From contig CP068257.2 of assembly GCA_009914755.4 (NCBI GenBank), positions 31,808,001-31,872,000 of the forward strand: a stretch of 64,000 bases of DNA, written 5' to 3'. Below are positions 38,471 through 57,497 of this stretch, piece after piece (position 1 is the stretch's first letter; every line of letters begins with the position of its first letter). The notes below the pieces were generated by a model that had not been told where the DNA came from, did no database searches, and worked only from the letters and a program-made list of their open reading frames with translations. The position numbers were made by a program, and so were the translations under genes. The DNA is from the human T2T-CHM13v2.0 reference genome, Homo sapiens.

Positions 38471-38637
38471 TTGGGGGGCAGGGGAGGGGGTTGTTGTTGT
38501 TTTTTTTAAGAGAGACAGGGTTTCAACCCAGTTGTCCAAGCTGGTCTTAAACTCCTGAACTCAAGCGATCTGCCTGCCTCAGCCTCCCAAAATGCTGAGA
38601 TTACAGGTGTGCACCACCATTCCCAGCCAGTTTTCTT
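38470..38637 (-). mobile_element. Alu fragment (reverse)
   Basis: ..gagacagggtttcaacccagttgtccaagctggtcttaaactcctgaactcaagcg...caccaccattcccagcc. Confidence 0.7.
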
Positions 38638-38639
38638 TT

Positions 38640-38795
38640 TTTTAATAAGAGTAAAATAATGGTACTTCCAGGTAAACAAAAATTGAGATAATTCATCACC
38701 AAACCTGCGCTAAGAAAGAAATGCTAAAGGGAATTCTTCAAGCTGAAAGGAATGATACCCGATGAAACTGAGACCTACAAGAAAAACTGAAGAGG
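38640..38795 (+). mobile_element. L1 fragment
   Basis: gaaatgctaaagggaattcttcaagctgaaaggaatgataccc is an L1-like coding remnant. Confidence 0.35.
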
Positions 38796-40160
<1,365 letters not shown>

Positions 40161-40307
40161 AATTTTTTATCATTTAGCTATGCTTTAGTTACACTAAAGT
40201 ATTATTCTGAATGCAATATGAACACATTTTATCAAGATATTCTACAGACAAGTTAATGAATTATTATAAAAGATTAAGTAGTAACTGGTTAAAAGCAAGT
40301 ATGGGCC

Positions 40308-40681
<374 letters not shown>

Positions 40682-41120
40682 TTAATCTATTATAAATTAT
40701 TATATAAGCAGAAATGAGGTAGGTATTTCCACACACAGATTTATAAAACAAGTCATAATCTCCTCCCAACTAGGGCTTAAATTGGGTCAGAGATGGGGTG
40801 GGACAAAGGAACAGGAAAACAAATTTATACAAATAATGACTATGAAGGAAATGCATAGGATCCTAAGAGAATAAAGGGGAAGCTTATTTCAGAATGAGTG
40901 GTCAGGGAAAGCCTCTTTGAAGAGGTAAAGTTTGCTAAAATTAAAAAAAACCTACTGAAATTTAAAAGCTGAGTAAAGTTAATTAGATTAAATAGAAGTA
41001 AAAGGAGTAGAGCAGAGAGAGGGAAAAATATACACAAAGCCCCTAAATCCCTTAGTACCAGCAAGGAAGAATTAGCTGCTACCTAGGAGAATCAGGATAA
41101 AGAAAGAAAGTAAAGGTGGC

Positions 41121-41460
41121 AGGGTTCAGTGGCTCATGTCTGTAATCCTAGCACTTTGGGAGGCCAAGGTGGGCAGATCATTTGAGGTCAGGAGTTCGAG
41201 GCCAGCCTGGCCAACATGGTGAAACCCTGGCTCTACTAAAAATACAAAAATTAGCCGGGCATGGTGGCGGGCACCTGTAATCCCAGCTACTCAGGAGTCA
41301 GATGCAGGAAAATCACTTGAACCCAGGAGGTGGAGGTTGCAGTGAGCTGAGATCACACCACTGCATTGCCCAAGCTGGTCCCTAACTTCTGGCCCCAAGT
41401 GATTCTTCCATTTCAGCCCCCCTAGAGTAGCTGGGATTACAGGTGCAAGCCATGGTGCCC
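41121..41460 (+). mobile_element. Alu (+) with a reverse Alu fragment appended at about 41370-41460
   Basis: ggcagggttcagtggctcatgtctgtaatcctagc... then an inverted ..ctagagtagctgggattacaggtgcaagcc. Confidence 0.75.
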
Positions 41461-41530
41461 TAACAAATATGTTTAGAAGAGTTGTAGGACACTGTTTGCC
41501 AGAAAGAGTCAAGGAAAGATCAATAAATTA

Positions 41531-42170
<640 letters not shown>

Positions 42171-42235
42171 ATTAAAAATAAAGCAATGGCTACCAAGAGG
42201 TAGAAGTGGTCTAGTCAAAGCAAAAGCAGATTGGT

Positions 42236-42380
42236 CTGGCAAGGCAAAATGGCTCATGCCTATTATCCCAACACTTTGGGAGGCCAAAGTAAAATGATCG
42301 CTTGAGGCAAGGAGTTTGAGACCAGCCTGGGCAAAACAGGCAGACCTTGTCTCTACAAAGAAAAAATATATATATAATAA
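42236..42380 (+). mobile_element. free left Alu monomer-like
   Basis: ggcaaggcaaaatggctcatgcctattatcccaacactttgggaggcc... Confidence 0.65.
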
Positions 42381-42439
42381 AATGAAATGAAAATTAAAGC
42401 GGACTGGTCAAGAGGAAAGGTCATGCATGGCAACAGTTT

Positions 42440-42960
42440 TTTTTTAATGCTCCAGGCATTTTGCTGGTTGACTTTCCACCGGACCAAAAAACAATAACAT
42501 CTGTTTACTATGAGAGTATTTTGAGAAAGCCAAAGCTTTAGCAGAAAAACACCCCGGAAAGCTTCGCCAAAGAGTCCTCTACCACAAACAACAACGCTCC
42601 TGGCTCATTTCTCTCATCAAACAAAGGCAATTTTACAAGAGTTCCGATGGGAAATCATTAGGCATCCACCCTAACAGTCCTGATCTGGCTCCTCTGACTT
42701 CTTTTTGTTTCCTAATCTTCAAACATCTTTAAAAGGCACCCATTTTTCTTCAGTTAATAATGTAACAAAGACTGCACTGACATGGTTAAACTCCCAGGAC
42801 CCTCAGTTCTTTAGGGATGGGCTAAATGGCTGCTATCACTGCTTACAAAAGTGTCTTGAACTTGATGGAGCTTACACTGAGAAACACAGTTTATATTTTT
42901 TACTTGTGCTTTTTAATTCCATTTTTACACAGACTTTCTGAAGTCCCCTGATATATTTCA
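42440..42960 (+). mobile_element. mariner/Tc1-like DNA transposon remnant (transposase C-terminal region)
   Basis: The translation ..PDLAPSDFFLFPNLQTSLKGTHFSSVNNVTKTALTWLNSQDPQFFRDGLNGCYHCLQKCLELDGAYTEK resembles mariner transposase motifs PYSPDLAP..DFHLF..L.GKRF... and ..FY..GI.KL..RW.KC...G.Y.E. Confidence 0.55.
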
Positions 42961-43245
42961 AAATAACTAGAAAAGAGGACTTGAAATGTTCAAAACACAC
43001 AGAAATGATAAATACTTGAGGTGATGGAGACTCTAAATACCCTATTTATTACACGTGCTATGCACATAACAAAATATCTTATGTACCCCATAACTATATA
43101 CAAATATTATGTATTAATCATAAAAAAGAAACATTGAGAGACTGAAAAATACCCTTTGGAATTTAAAAACATGATGGTAGAAACTTTCTTAAATTCCAAA
43201 TAGAAGGGTTGGGGAATAAAAGTTAAGAAAATAGAGGCCGGCTGG

Positions 43246-44285
<1,040 letters not shown>

Positions 44286-44295
44286 TTAGAAGACC

Positions 44296-44642
<347 letters not shown>

Positions 44643-44835
44643 TCAGAAAGGAACTACACAGGAAATAGAAGAGAAAAAAGAATCAACAAAATATTTCAAG
44701 AAAATTTCCCCAGAATAGAAGTTCTTGTATTTCCGGATTTAAAGTACCCATTGAATATTTAACTAATGGAGTAAAAAAAGACCCACACTTCATTTTAAAT
44801 TTCAAAACACTGAGGTCAAAGTGTAGATTCTATAA

Positions 44836-45205
<370 letters not shown>

Positions 45206-45359
45206 TCAGCTTGGAATTCTTAACAGTAAAACTACAAGCAAGATGACAATGGGGCAGTAAGTTCAAAACTCTGTAGGAAAATTATTTCCAACTAAAAGAT
45301 TTTTACCAGCCAAAATATCAATCAAGTATGAGGATAGCACCAAAACATATTCAGAAGCA

Positions 45360-45460
45360 TTTTGAGAGGCCAAGGCAGGTGGATCACTTGAAGCCAGGAG
45401 TTCAAGACCAGCCTGGCCAACATGGCGAAACCCCGTCTCTATTTAAACAACAACAAAAAA
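45360..45460 (+). mobile_element. Alu fragment
   Basis: gaggccaaggcaggtggatcacttgaagccaggagttcaagaccagcctggccaacatggcgaaaccccgtctc. Confidence 0.7.
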
Positions 45461-46255
45461 ATATTCAGACACGCAAGGTCTCCAAAAAAGTAACTCTTCT
45501 TCTAAAAATGTAACTCTTCTTGTCAAGAAGCTACTGGAGTTTGAGCTTCACCAGGGAGAGTAAATTAATAAAAGAGAATACAGGATACAGGAAAGATCCT
45601 GCACAGAAGAGCTAAAAAGAATCCAGCTGTGCCCCAGAAGCAGCAGATAATCAGGCCAGACTGAAGCAGTGTAACTCAGGACATAATGTCCTGGCTGCTA
45701 TAGCAGTTTTTTGTGGGGGATTTTGTGCCTTTATACAAAACAATCTTTTAATAAATCCACTGGAATATAGCAGCTTTTGAAGCTGAGGACTGAATGCTCC
45801 AGGAACTTGGCCCAGAGCCTATCTGTACTCAGTGGGGCTTGGCTTGATCTTGAGCACATGCTGATGCAGTTCCTGCTCTCCTTGCAAGGCGTGCAGCCTT
45901 CGTCAGCAGAGGACACTCACTTCCCCCTCAGAGAGGTTCTGCTTTCACCTACCCTGTTAACTACAGGTAGGCCATGGTGAGCTAAGAAGCAGAAAATGCA
46001 GAGAAGCCCACTCCTTCTGACCTTATTTTTGTTGTCTTTCCATTACTTGGTCCACTAGAACCTTCCAGATACCCTGACTGAGGTGACTCCCCTTTCCTAG
46101 GACTCATAACACAGCCCACAAACTTCCTCAGAAAGGCCCCCTGTAAACGGGCAAGGGATCTGAAGCCATTCTGTTCAGCTCATCTTTTCCTAAAAACCTT
46201 CATCTAAGTGGCTGTCCTTTCCTTAGTGAAGTTTGACGTTATAATTATAAAATGA

Positions 46256-47219
<964 letters not shown>

Positions 47220-47437
47220 TTATTACCGTTTATTTAATGAACAGCCCACTATTAATAAAGATGCAGACAGTTTATAGCCCTCTGAGGCTTAACTGTAGAA
47301 ATTAATGAGGTGTTTTGATTTTATAGCCTGGTAAGAAAATCAATCCCAAAGATATTATGATTTTGTTGCCCTGTGGAACATTAACCAATCAAACTAACTT
47401 AGCCACAATACTGAGACATTTCTTTCCCTACAAATTA

Positions 47438-47790
<353 letters not shown>

Positions 47791-47872
47791 AGGTACTCTC
47801 AATAATAGTAAAACAAAACTGAAACACGCTCCCTATCTATCTGCATGAGAATTGTGTTTGTAACACCATTCA

Positions 47873-49073
<1,201 letters not shown>

Positions 49074-49189
49074 TAATCTGGTAGTGGATACAAAATGATC
49101 ATTGCAATAGTATTCTTTAAATTATACATGTTTTATATGCTTTTTTGTACCTGAGATAAAATTTGCAATGAAAGAAATTATTACTATTT

Positions 49190-49478
49190 TTTTTTGGGAG
49201 ATGGAGTCTCGCTCTGTCGCCCAGGCTGGAGTGCAGTGGCACGATCTTGGCTCACTGTAACTCCCGCCTCCTGGATTCAAGCAGTTATCTGCCCCCACCT
49301 CCCAAGTAGCTGGGATTACAGGGGCCCATCACCAGGCCCGGCTACTTTTTTGTATTTTTAGTAGAGACAGGGTTTCACCATCTTGGCCAGGCTGGTCTTG
49401 AACTCCTGACCTCGTGATCCACCCGCCTTGGCCTCCCAAAGTGCTGGGAATACAGGCGTGAGCCACCGCGCCCAGGAA
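49190..49478 (-). mobile_element. Alu (reverse)
   Basis: T9 + gggagatggagtctcgctctgtcgcccaggctggagtgcagtgg...gagccaccgcgcccagg. Confidence 0.9.
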
Positions 49479-49502
49479 GAAATTACTTTTAAAAAAGAAC
49501 AA

Positions 49503-49796
<294 letters not shown>

Positions 49797-49944
49797 TTAT
49801 CACTTCTGCCAACCCAATTAAATGAGGCAATATAACCTTAAGGTCAACACCACTTCGTGGTAAGAAGAGTAATAAATCCTCTATTATTTAATACAGTCTT
49901 CAAAATTTTCTGTTCCAGCCTCTAAATATAAAAGAATATATAGA

Positions 49945-50274
<330 letters not shown>

Positions 50275-50314
50275 CTACTGCTTTTAAATTATAAAATCTT
50301 TTAAGTTATAACAT

Positions 50315-50648
<334 letters not shown>

Positions 50649-50851
50649 TTATATCAAAGTACAATCATCTGTTTATATTATCTACTTGAAACTTACCCTA
50701 GAACGACAAAAAGATTTTCATAAAGCAAAGCTTTTAATGGCTAAAACCCAGAAACAGTCAAAATGTCCATCAATAAGGAACCAAAAAATGTATATTAGGG
50801 TACATCCAAACAACGGTATACCATGCAACATTCTGAAAATGAGGCAAGTTG

Positions 50852-51120
50852 GCTGGGCAGGATGGCTCACACCTGTAATCCCAGCACTTTGAGAGGCTGA
50901 GGCAGGTGGATGGCTTGAGTTCAGGAATTCAAGACCAGCCTGGGCAATATGAGAAACCCGTCTCTACAAAAATTACAAAAATTAGGCATGGTGGCACTCG
51001 CCTATAGTCTCAGCTTCTCAGGAGGCTGAGGTGGGAGGATCGTTTGAGCCCAAGGCTGCAGCAAGCCGTGAGGGAACCACTGCACTCCAGCCTGGGCAAC
51101 ACAGTGAGACCCGGTCTCCA
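50852..51120 (+). mobile_element. Alu
   Basis: ggctgggcaggatggctcacacctgtaatcccagc... Confidence 0.85.
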
Positions 51121-51387
51121 AAGTGAGGGGTGGGGTTGGGAGGAAATGAGGTAGGTCTCCACGTGCTTATGAAGGAAATGTGTCCTTATATTATCATCAG
51201 TTGCCGAGCAATATTATAATATAATACCCTCCTAGGGAATGGAATTGAGGATGTAAAGAGTGAACAAACAAGGAATTCTAACTTGACATACCTCTGCGCT
51301 GTCTGAATTTTACTTGATATTCTTCTGTCATGTTTAAATGTTTTAAACAACCTGAATGTTACTTTAATCATTTAAAAAGTAAAACGG

Positions 51388-51650
<263 letters not shown>

Positions 51651-51684
51651 ATATATATATATACATAAGTTAAAAATAAACTTT

Positions 51685-52011
<327 letters not shown>

Positions 52012-52017
52012 TTAAAA

Positions 52018-52343
<326 letters not shown>

Positions 52344-53669
52344 TTACCTTGGCCCCCAGAAGTGAATTCAGAATTCAGAAAAGACTAGCCAGTGTAAGGC
52401 TGCTGTAACCCTAGTTGACAGAGAGGAGGGATTGGGGTGGTGAGTGGGAAGGCTGTGTCTCCGGAAGAAGAAATATACGTCCCCACCTCACTCTAATTAA
52501 ACCTGCTTTTCCAGCGCGATAAATATTCAAGATAACTTTTGGTTTGCATTTCAATAACAAAGTCTTGCACCACTATCTTCAGTTTAAAAAAAAAGTTTAA
52601 TGTTTGCTCTACGTTTGAAATGCATGCAGGTTTAAAAGACAAGAAACAAAATGATGAAAAAGTGTGACCGGCCTGAGAGTTCAGAGCCTCTGAAGTGTCA
52701 AGGGATCCACAGTGCAGGTAGGATGAAGAGTCTGAGAAGGGAGATGGGATCCTCCGAAAAGAGAAAATCGGGTCTTACAGCGCGATGTAAGACGATGCGG
52801 ATGCCACTTCCCTCCCACCCCGTCCCGTCCGAGGCCTCCGCCCCCTGCCCCTCCGCACCCCCCGACCCAGGCACGCGCAGCGGGGAGCAGCCCAGCCTAG
52901 CCCGTCTCACTGCTTTGGTTTTGAAAGGTCACGTATTTACCTTAGAATTTCAGCACCTTCCAACTTACTGTTTTAAGTACCTTTAACCAGCCTATTGGCT
53001 AAAAACCGAAACGGTCCTACCCGCGACTACCACTGCTCCAGTGACAATGCTCTGCTGCTACTTATTTAACGGAGCTCAAGGTTTATAATTCTCGAAAGAA
53101 TGTTGTTCCCCTTCCCTTTCCCCTCCCGCCTCTGTACTTGACTCTCGTAAGAATGAAATCAGAAAAGTGCAGAAAACACAGGCTCCTAGCAATGGTTCGG
53201 GGCAAACGGGAGGGGCGAAGAAGGGCTGGAGCCGCCCCGGGGCCCTCGCTCCGGCCTCGGGAGGGCGTCGCGGCCGCAGCAGGGCGTCCCGAAAACCGTC
53301 GCCTCCGTGCCCGCCGCGCGAGAAGGTGAAAGGCACGAGATGGAGCCTCTCCAGCCCTCCCCAGGAACGCAACCTGACGGCGTGACAGCGCGGCAGGGCA
53401 GCCTCCCCGGGCTGCTTGCGGGTCGCGGCGGCGCCACGGTCACGGTCGGCCCGAAGGGACGCGGGCAGGGGCAAGAAGGGGCGGCGGGGGCTCCGCGGGC
53501 CCGAGTCTGCAGGCCGGCGCCGAACGCAGGGAAAACCCGGCTGGACGGCCCCACAGCCCCCAGAAGGCCGGGCCGGACAGGGCCCGACGAGGGAGCCTCC
53601 TTACGCGCGGGCGGCGGGCGCGAGCCCTCTACGGTTGCCTGGCGCCGGAGACCCACAGACAGGACTCAC

Positions 53670-53800
53670 CCAGCTTCCTCAAACGCCCACGCCGACTTCA
53701 GGCGCGCGCGCAGGAAGGAGACTGCTGCGCCACAACCCTGCCGGCGTCCCGCGGCTCCACCTCAGCCCCGGGAGCCCGGAGCTGGGAGCAGACGCGAGGA
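53670..53800 (-). other. TMEM50B: putative TMEM50B non-coding exon 1 (5' end uncertain)
   Basis: Strong - strand donor GCTGG|GTGAGT (the reverse complement of + aggactcacc, 53661-53670). It sits about 180 bp downstream, in the - sense, of the CCAAT/GC boxes inside the CpG island. Confidence 0.35.
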
Positions 53801-53842
53801 TAGAGCGCCGGTGAGGCGGGGCGAGGCGCCGTGTGCACCGCA

Positions 53843-53879
53843 GCGACCAATCGGAGCGCAGCAAGTGGCCGGCCGGGGG
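53843..53879. promoter_or_regulatory. CCAAT box (NF-Y type gaCCAATcgg) + GC-rich module, copy 1
   Basis: gcgaccaatcggagcgcagcaagtggccggccggggg, followed by Sp1-like gggggcggggcggg (53875-53888) and gggggcgggg (53895-53904). Confidence 0.6.
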
Positions 53880-53946
53880 CGGGGCGGGACGCGAGGGGGC
53901 GGGGAGAGGGCGTTGGCTGGGCGCAGCGGGACGCCGGGCGCTCCTC

Positions 53947-53983
53947 GCGACCAATCGGCGTGCAGCAAGTGGCCGGCCGGGGG
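53947..53983. promoter_or_regulatory. CCAAT box + GC-rich module, copy 2 (direct repeat of copy 1, 104 bp away)
   Basis: gcgaccaatcggcgtgcagcaagtggccggccggggg. 34 of 37 positions are identical to copy 1. Confidence 0.6.
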
Positions 53984-54629
53984 CAGGGCGAGCTCCGAGG
54001 GACGGGGTGGGCTGCTCTGCAGGCCTCCCGGAGCCGGAGTTCAGACCCAGCTATCTACGGTTCCGGGCAGAGCGGGACGGGCCTCTCCTGTCCCCTGCCG
54101 GTGGGCGGCCGCCGCCGGGCTCCCACTGCTGCGTTTCTGCACGCTGACTTGAAGTGCAGTACCGTGAGATTACGTGCGGACGGAGCTCGAGACCCGGGGG
54201 ACCAGGGTTTCCCTTCGCCTATGGCCGATCAGTCTTGTCTGTCTGCGAGCTGCCCAGAGTAGGGAAGGTGCTCCGGGAGGGTTCTCGGGAACGGAGGGTC
54301 TTTAGAGATGCCTTTTTCTAATCCCCTCAATTCAGAAATGGAGCCCCAGAAAGTTGAAGTTAGTAAACCAGGGCTACCCAGCGAGTGCTGGTTACCCGAG
54401 GTGATCCTCACAATACAACTAGTCTTCTGATTTCGCTCGGCGCTCTCCCGTCTATTCACGTAGATTTTTGTCTTTTTTTTTTTTTTTCGTCTTTCTTATA
54501 GTCAGATATCTTTCAGCCTCTTGGATTTTCAACATAACTTTAACAGCGTTTGGAAGCCCCGTCTAAATTTCCTACAGAAATGCCTATAACCATTTAGTTG
54601 TTTGGGGGAAAGTCGAGCTTTGTTTTTTG

Positions 54630-54925
54630 GGTGGTTTGTTTGTTTGTTTTGAGACAGGGTCTTGCTCTGTTGTCCAGGGTGGAGTGCAGTGGTGTGATCT
54701 TGGCTCACTGCAGCCTCTTACCTCCCACGCTCAATCAATCCTCCCACCTCAGCCTTCCGAGTAGCTGGGATTACAGGTGCGCACCACCATGCTTGGCTAA
54801 TTTGTGTATTTTTAGTAGAGACGGGATTTCACCTGGCTGATCCTGAACTCCTGACCTCAGGTGATCCACCCGCCTCTGCCTCCCAAAATGCTGGGATTAC
54901 AAGCGTGGGCCACTGTGCCCAGCCA
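54630..54925 (-). mobile_element. Alu (reverse), immediately flanking the CpG island
   Basis: (gttt)n + gagacagggtcttgctctgttgtccagggtggagtgcagtgg...gggccactgtgcccagcc. Confidence 0.9.
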
Positions 54926-55339
54926 AGTAGAGTTATTATCAGTGGAAATCTAAAAAGCATTTTACTTGAGGCATAATGAAGTAAAAGGTTTTGTATCATG
55001 GAATTATCACCAAAAATGCCATCCTGGATAATGTTCTCCTATAGCTCTTATACATGGGCTAGGATCTAGGTGTTCAATAAATATGTGCTGAATAATTTAC
55101 TTTTGAAATATGTCACAATGCTGGCATTCCACCAGAAGAGAGGATACAGAAGGGAACACTCTCCTCTCTTTAAGAACCTTTTGAAAGGGGCGGGGGTTGC
55201 ATGTACCATTTTTGTTTTCATTCTGCTAGTAAAATAGTCACTTGACTACACCAAATTGCAAAGAAGGCTGGAAAATGGGGTTTCAGTACTAAGGAAGGAA
55301 AACTAGATATTAGGGGACAATTAGAAGTTTCCAAATCTC

Positions 55340-56100
55340 ATCACTTTTTTTGGGGGGGTGGGGGAGGCATCCCAAAGGGCAGACTGGTTTATTAGGCAGC
55401 AGCCAGGAAAATCAGCGGTTGGACTTGTCCCCACACTCCAGCTCATCCTTCTTGTTGATGGCATAGGAGCTGGAGGAGGCCTTGGTGGCATTGATGAGCT
55501 CATCCGCCAGGCACTCAGCAATGGTCTTGATGTTCCAGAAGGCAGCCTCACGAGTGCCTGTGCACAGCAGCCAGACGACCTGATTCACACAGTGCAGTGG
55601 GGACATGTCCACAGCCTGTTGTCTCACAGTCCCTGCTCGCCCAATGCATGTGGAGTCCTCCCAGGGACCACTGTTGATGATGGCGTTCACCAGGACCTGG
55701 AGAGGGTTCTCGCCTGTGAGCAGGTGGATGAAATCGAAGGCATGCTTGATGATGCACATGATCATGAGCTTGTTGCTGTTGTTGCAGCCGTGCATCATCA
55801 TGGAGTTAGTGAGGGGCTCCACAATGGGGCACTGAGCTTTGCGGAAGCATTTGGCTGCATACCACCCAGCACTGTGAGGCAGGTACTTGGCATACTTCTC
55901 CTTCACTGCAGTGTAATCCTGCAGGGAAATGCCATTGATCTGCATATCATCAGTGCTCCACTTCCCAGAGAGCTTGATGTCAAGGGGTCTCTGCCACTGC
56001 TGGTGCTGCTGTCTCCCACTCGGTCATCCTGAGGGCACAGCCTGAGTGTCTCTGTCGATCAGCATGGACCACATGCTGCCCTGGCACAGACAGGCCATTG
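55340..56100 (-). pseudogene. processed pseudogene / retrocopy of an unidentified parent gene
   Basis: Intronless - strand reading frame [61 protein letters not shown]...[23 protein letters not shown], with an in-frame TGA at about 56024-56026. The stop is at 55412-55414. An AATAAA (+ strand tttatt, 55388-55393) lies about 20 nt downstream, and a short A-run (+ strand ttttttt, 55345-55351) follows. It sits in otherwise unique intergenic sequence. Confidence 0.6.
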
Positions 56101-56773
56101 CTTTTTAAAGTACTAATATTTTAAGGTTTCCCAGGATTTTTTTAAGCTTTGTTACAGAATAATATCTGTAGAAAAATGATTACCTCCATATATGAAGGAA
56201 GACATTACTGTTCACCTACCGTTGGGATGCACATGCTTTAAGTTGCTTTTTTAGTAGTGGAGACTTATGTTAATGCAGCTTGTCTGAAGTCCTTTTCTAC
56301 TGCTATAACAGAATAACACAGAACAGGCAATTTATAAACAATAGTGTTTTATTTGGTCCACAGTTCTGGAAGCCGGGAACTCCAAGAGCATGGTGCTGGC
56401 ATCTTGTAAGGATTTTCATGCTGTGTCATCCCATGGTAGAAAACAAGACAGACAGGGGCCAACGAGCATACAAGACAGAAGGAGAAAATCAGGCTGACGC
56501 TATCCTTTTACCAAGAGCCCAATCCCAAGATAACTAACCCACTCCCACAATAACAGCATTAATCCATTCGTGAGGGTGGAGCCCTCATGACCCAATCACA
56601 TCTTCAAGGTTCTACCTCTCAACACGATTACAATAGTAATTAAGTTTCAAACACATGAACTTTTTGGGGACACATTCAAACCATAGCACAATTTGCTTCT
56701 CTCAGTCTATAAACCTCTATTCCACAAAGAGTCAAACATGTATTTAGTTATGCTTTCAAAAATATGGGCATTT

Positions 56774-57078
56774 GGCCGAGCACAGTGCCTCACACCTGTA
56801 ATCCCAGCACTTTGGGAACCAGAGGCGGTTGGATCACCTGAGGTCAGGAGTTCCAGATCAGCCTGGTCAACATGGTAAAATTCCGTCTCAACTAAAAAGA
56901 AAAAACAATTAGCTGGGCATGGTGATACATGCCTGTAATCCCAACTACTCAGGAGGCTGAGGCAGGAGAATCACTTGAATCCGAGAGGCAGAGGTTGCAG
57001 TGAGCCAAGATCACGCCACTGCACTCCAGCCTGGGCGACAGAACAAGACTCCGTCTCAAAAAAAAAAAAAAAAAAGGC
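56774..57078 (+). mobile_element. Alu
   Basis: ggccgagcacagtgcctcacacctgtaatcccagc... Confidence 0.9.
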
Positions 57079-57197
57079 ATTTGAAAGATACGGGGATTAA
57101 GTTGCTGATGTCAACATTTCGCTGTCAATTCCAAATGTACTGATTTAAGTATTTAGTAGAATTGTAAATCAGCCTTTAAAAAAAAAAACCACACATG

Positions 57198-57497
57198 GCC
57201 GGGTGCGGTGGCTCAAGCCTGTAATCCCAGCACTTTGGGAGGCCGAGGCGGACAGACCATGAGGTCAGGCATTCGAGACCAGCCTGGCAAACATGGTGAA
57301 ACCCCGTCTCTACTAAAAATACAAAAATTAGCCAGGCATGGTGGCGCTCACCTGTAATCGCAGCTACTCAAGAGGCTGAAGCAGGAGAATCGCTTGAATC
57401 TGGGAGTCAGAGCTTGCAGTGAGCCGAGATTGCACCACTGCACTCCAGCCTGGGCGACAGAGTGAGACTAAGTCTCAAAAAAAAAAAAAAAAAACCA
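57198..57497 (+). mobile_element. Alu
   Basis: ggccgggtgcggtggctcaagcctgtaatcccagc... Confidence 0.9.

Larger units (their letters stand above)
52760..54310. promoter_or_regulatory. CpG island / TATA-less promoter (5' end of TMEM50B; possibly bidirectional)
   Basis: Very high G+C with dense CpG, for example cgcgatgtaagacgatgcgg, ccgccgcgcg, gcgcgcgc. It is the only non-repeat GC-rich block in the window. Confidence 0.85.

Noticed and set aside
45560-46250. Possible LTR-like unique block containing AATAAA (..ttttaataaatccactgg..)
   Set aside because: I could not recognise a specific LTR family, TG..CA termini or TSDs by eye, so it is left unannotated.
53076-54262. Several long overlapping ORFs (up to 281 aa) on both strands, ORF-track entries 53307..54152, 53186..53656 and 53831..54262, with Gly/Ala/Arg/Pro-rich products
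   Set aside because: They lie in the CpG island. G+C-rich sequence is poor in stop codons, so long ORFs appear on every strand and frame. They show no splice structure and have low-complexity composition. They are promoter sequence, not genes.
55358-56032. 224-aa + strand [43 protein letters not shown]...
   Set aside because: It is the mirror image of the - strand retrocopy frame. It is Leu/Gly/Val-rich, as antisense frames usually are. The poly(A) signal and A-run are on the - strand.
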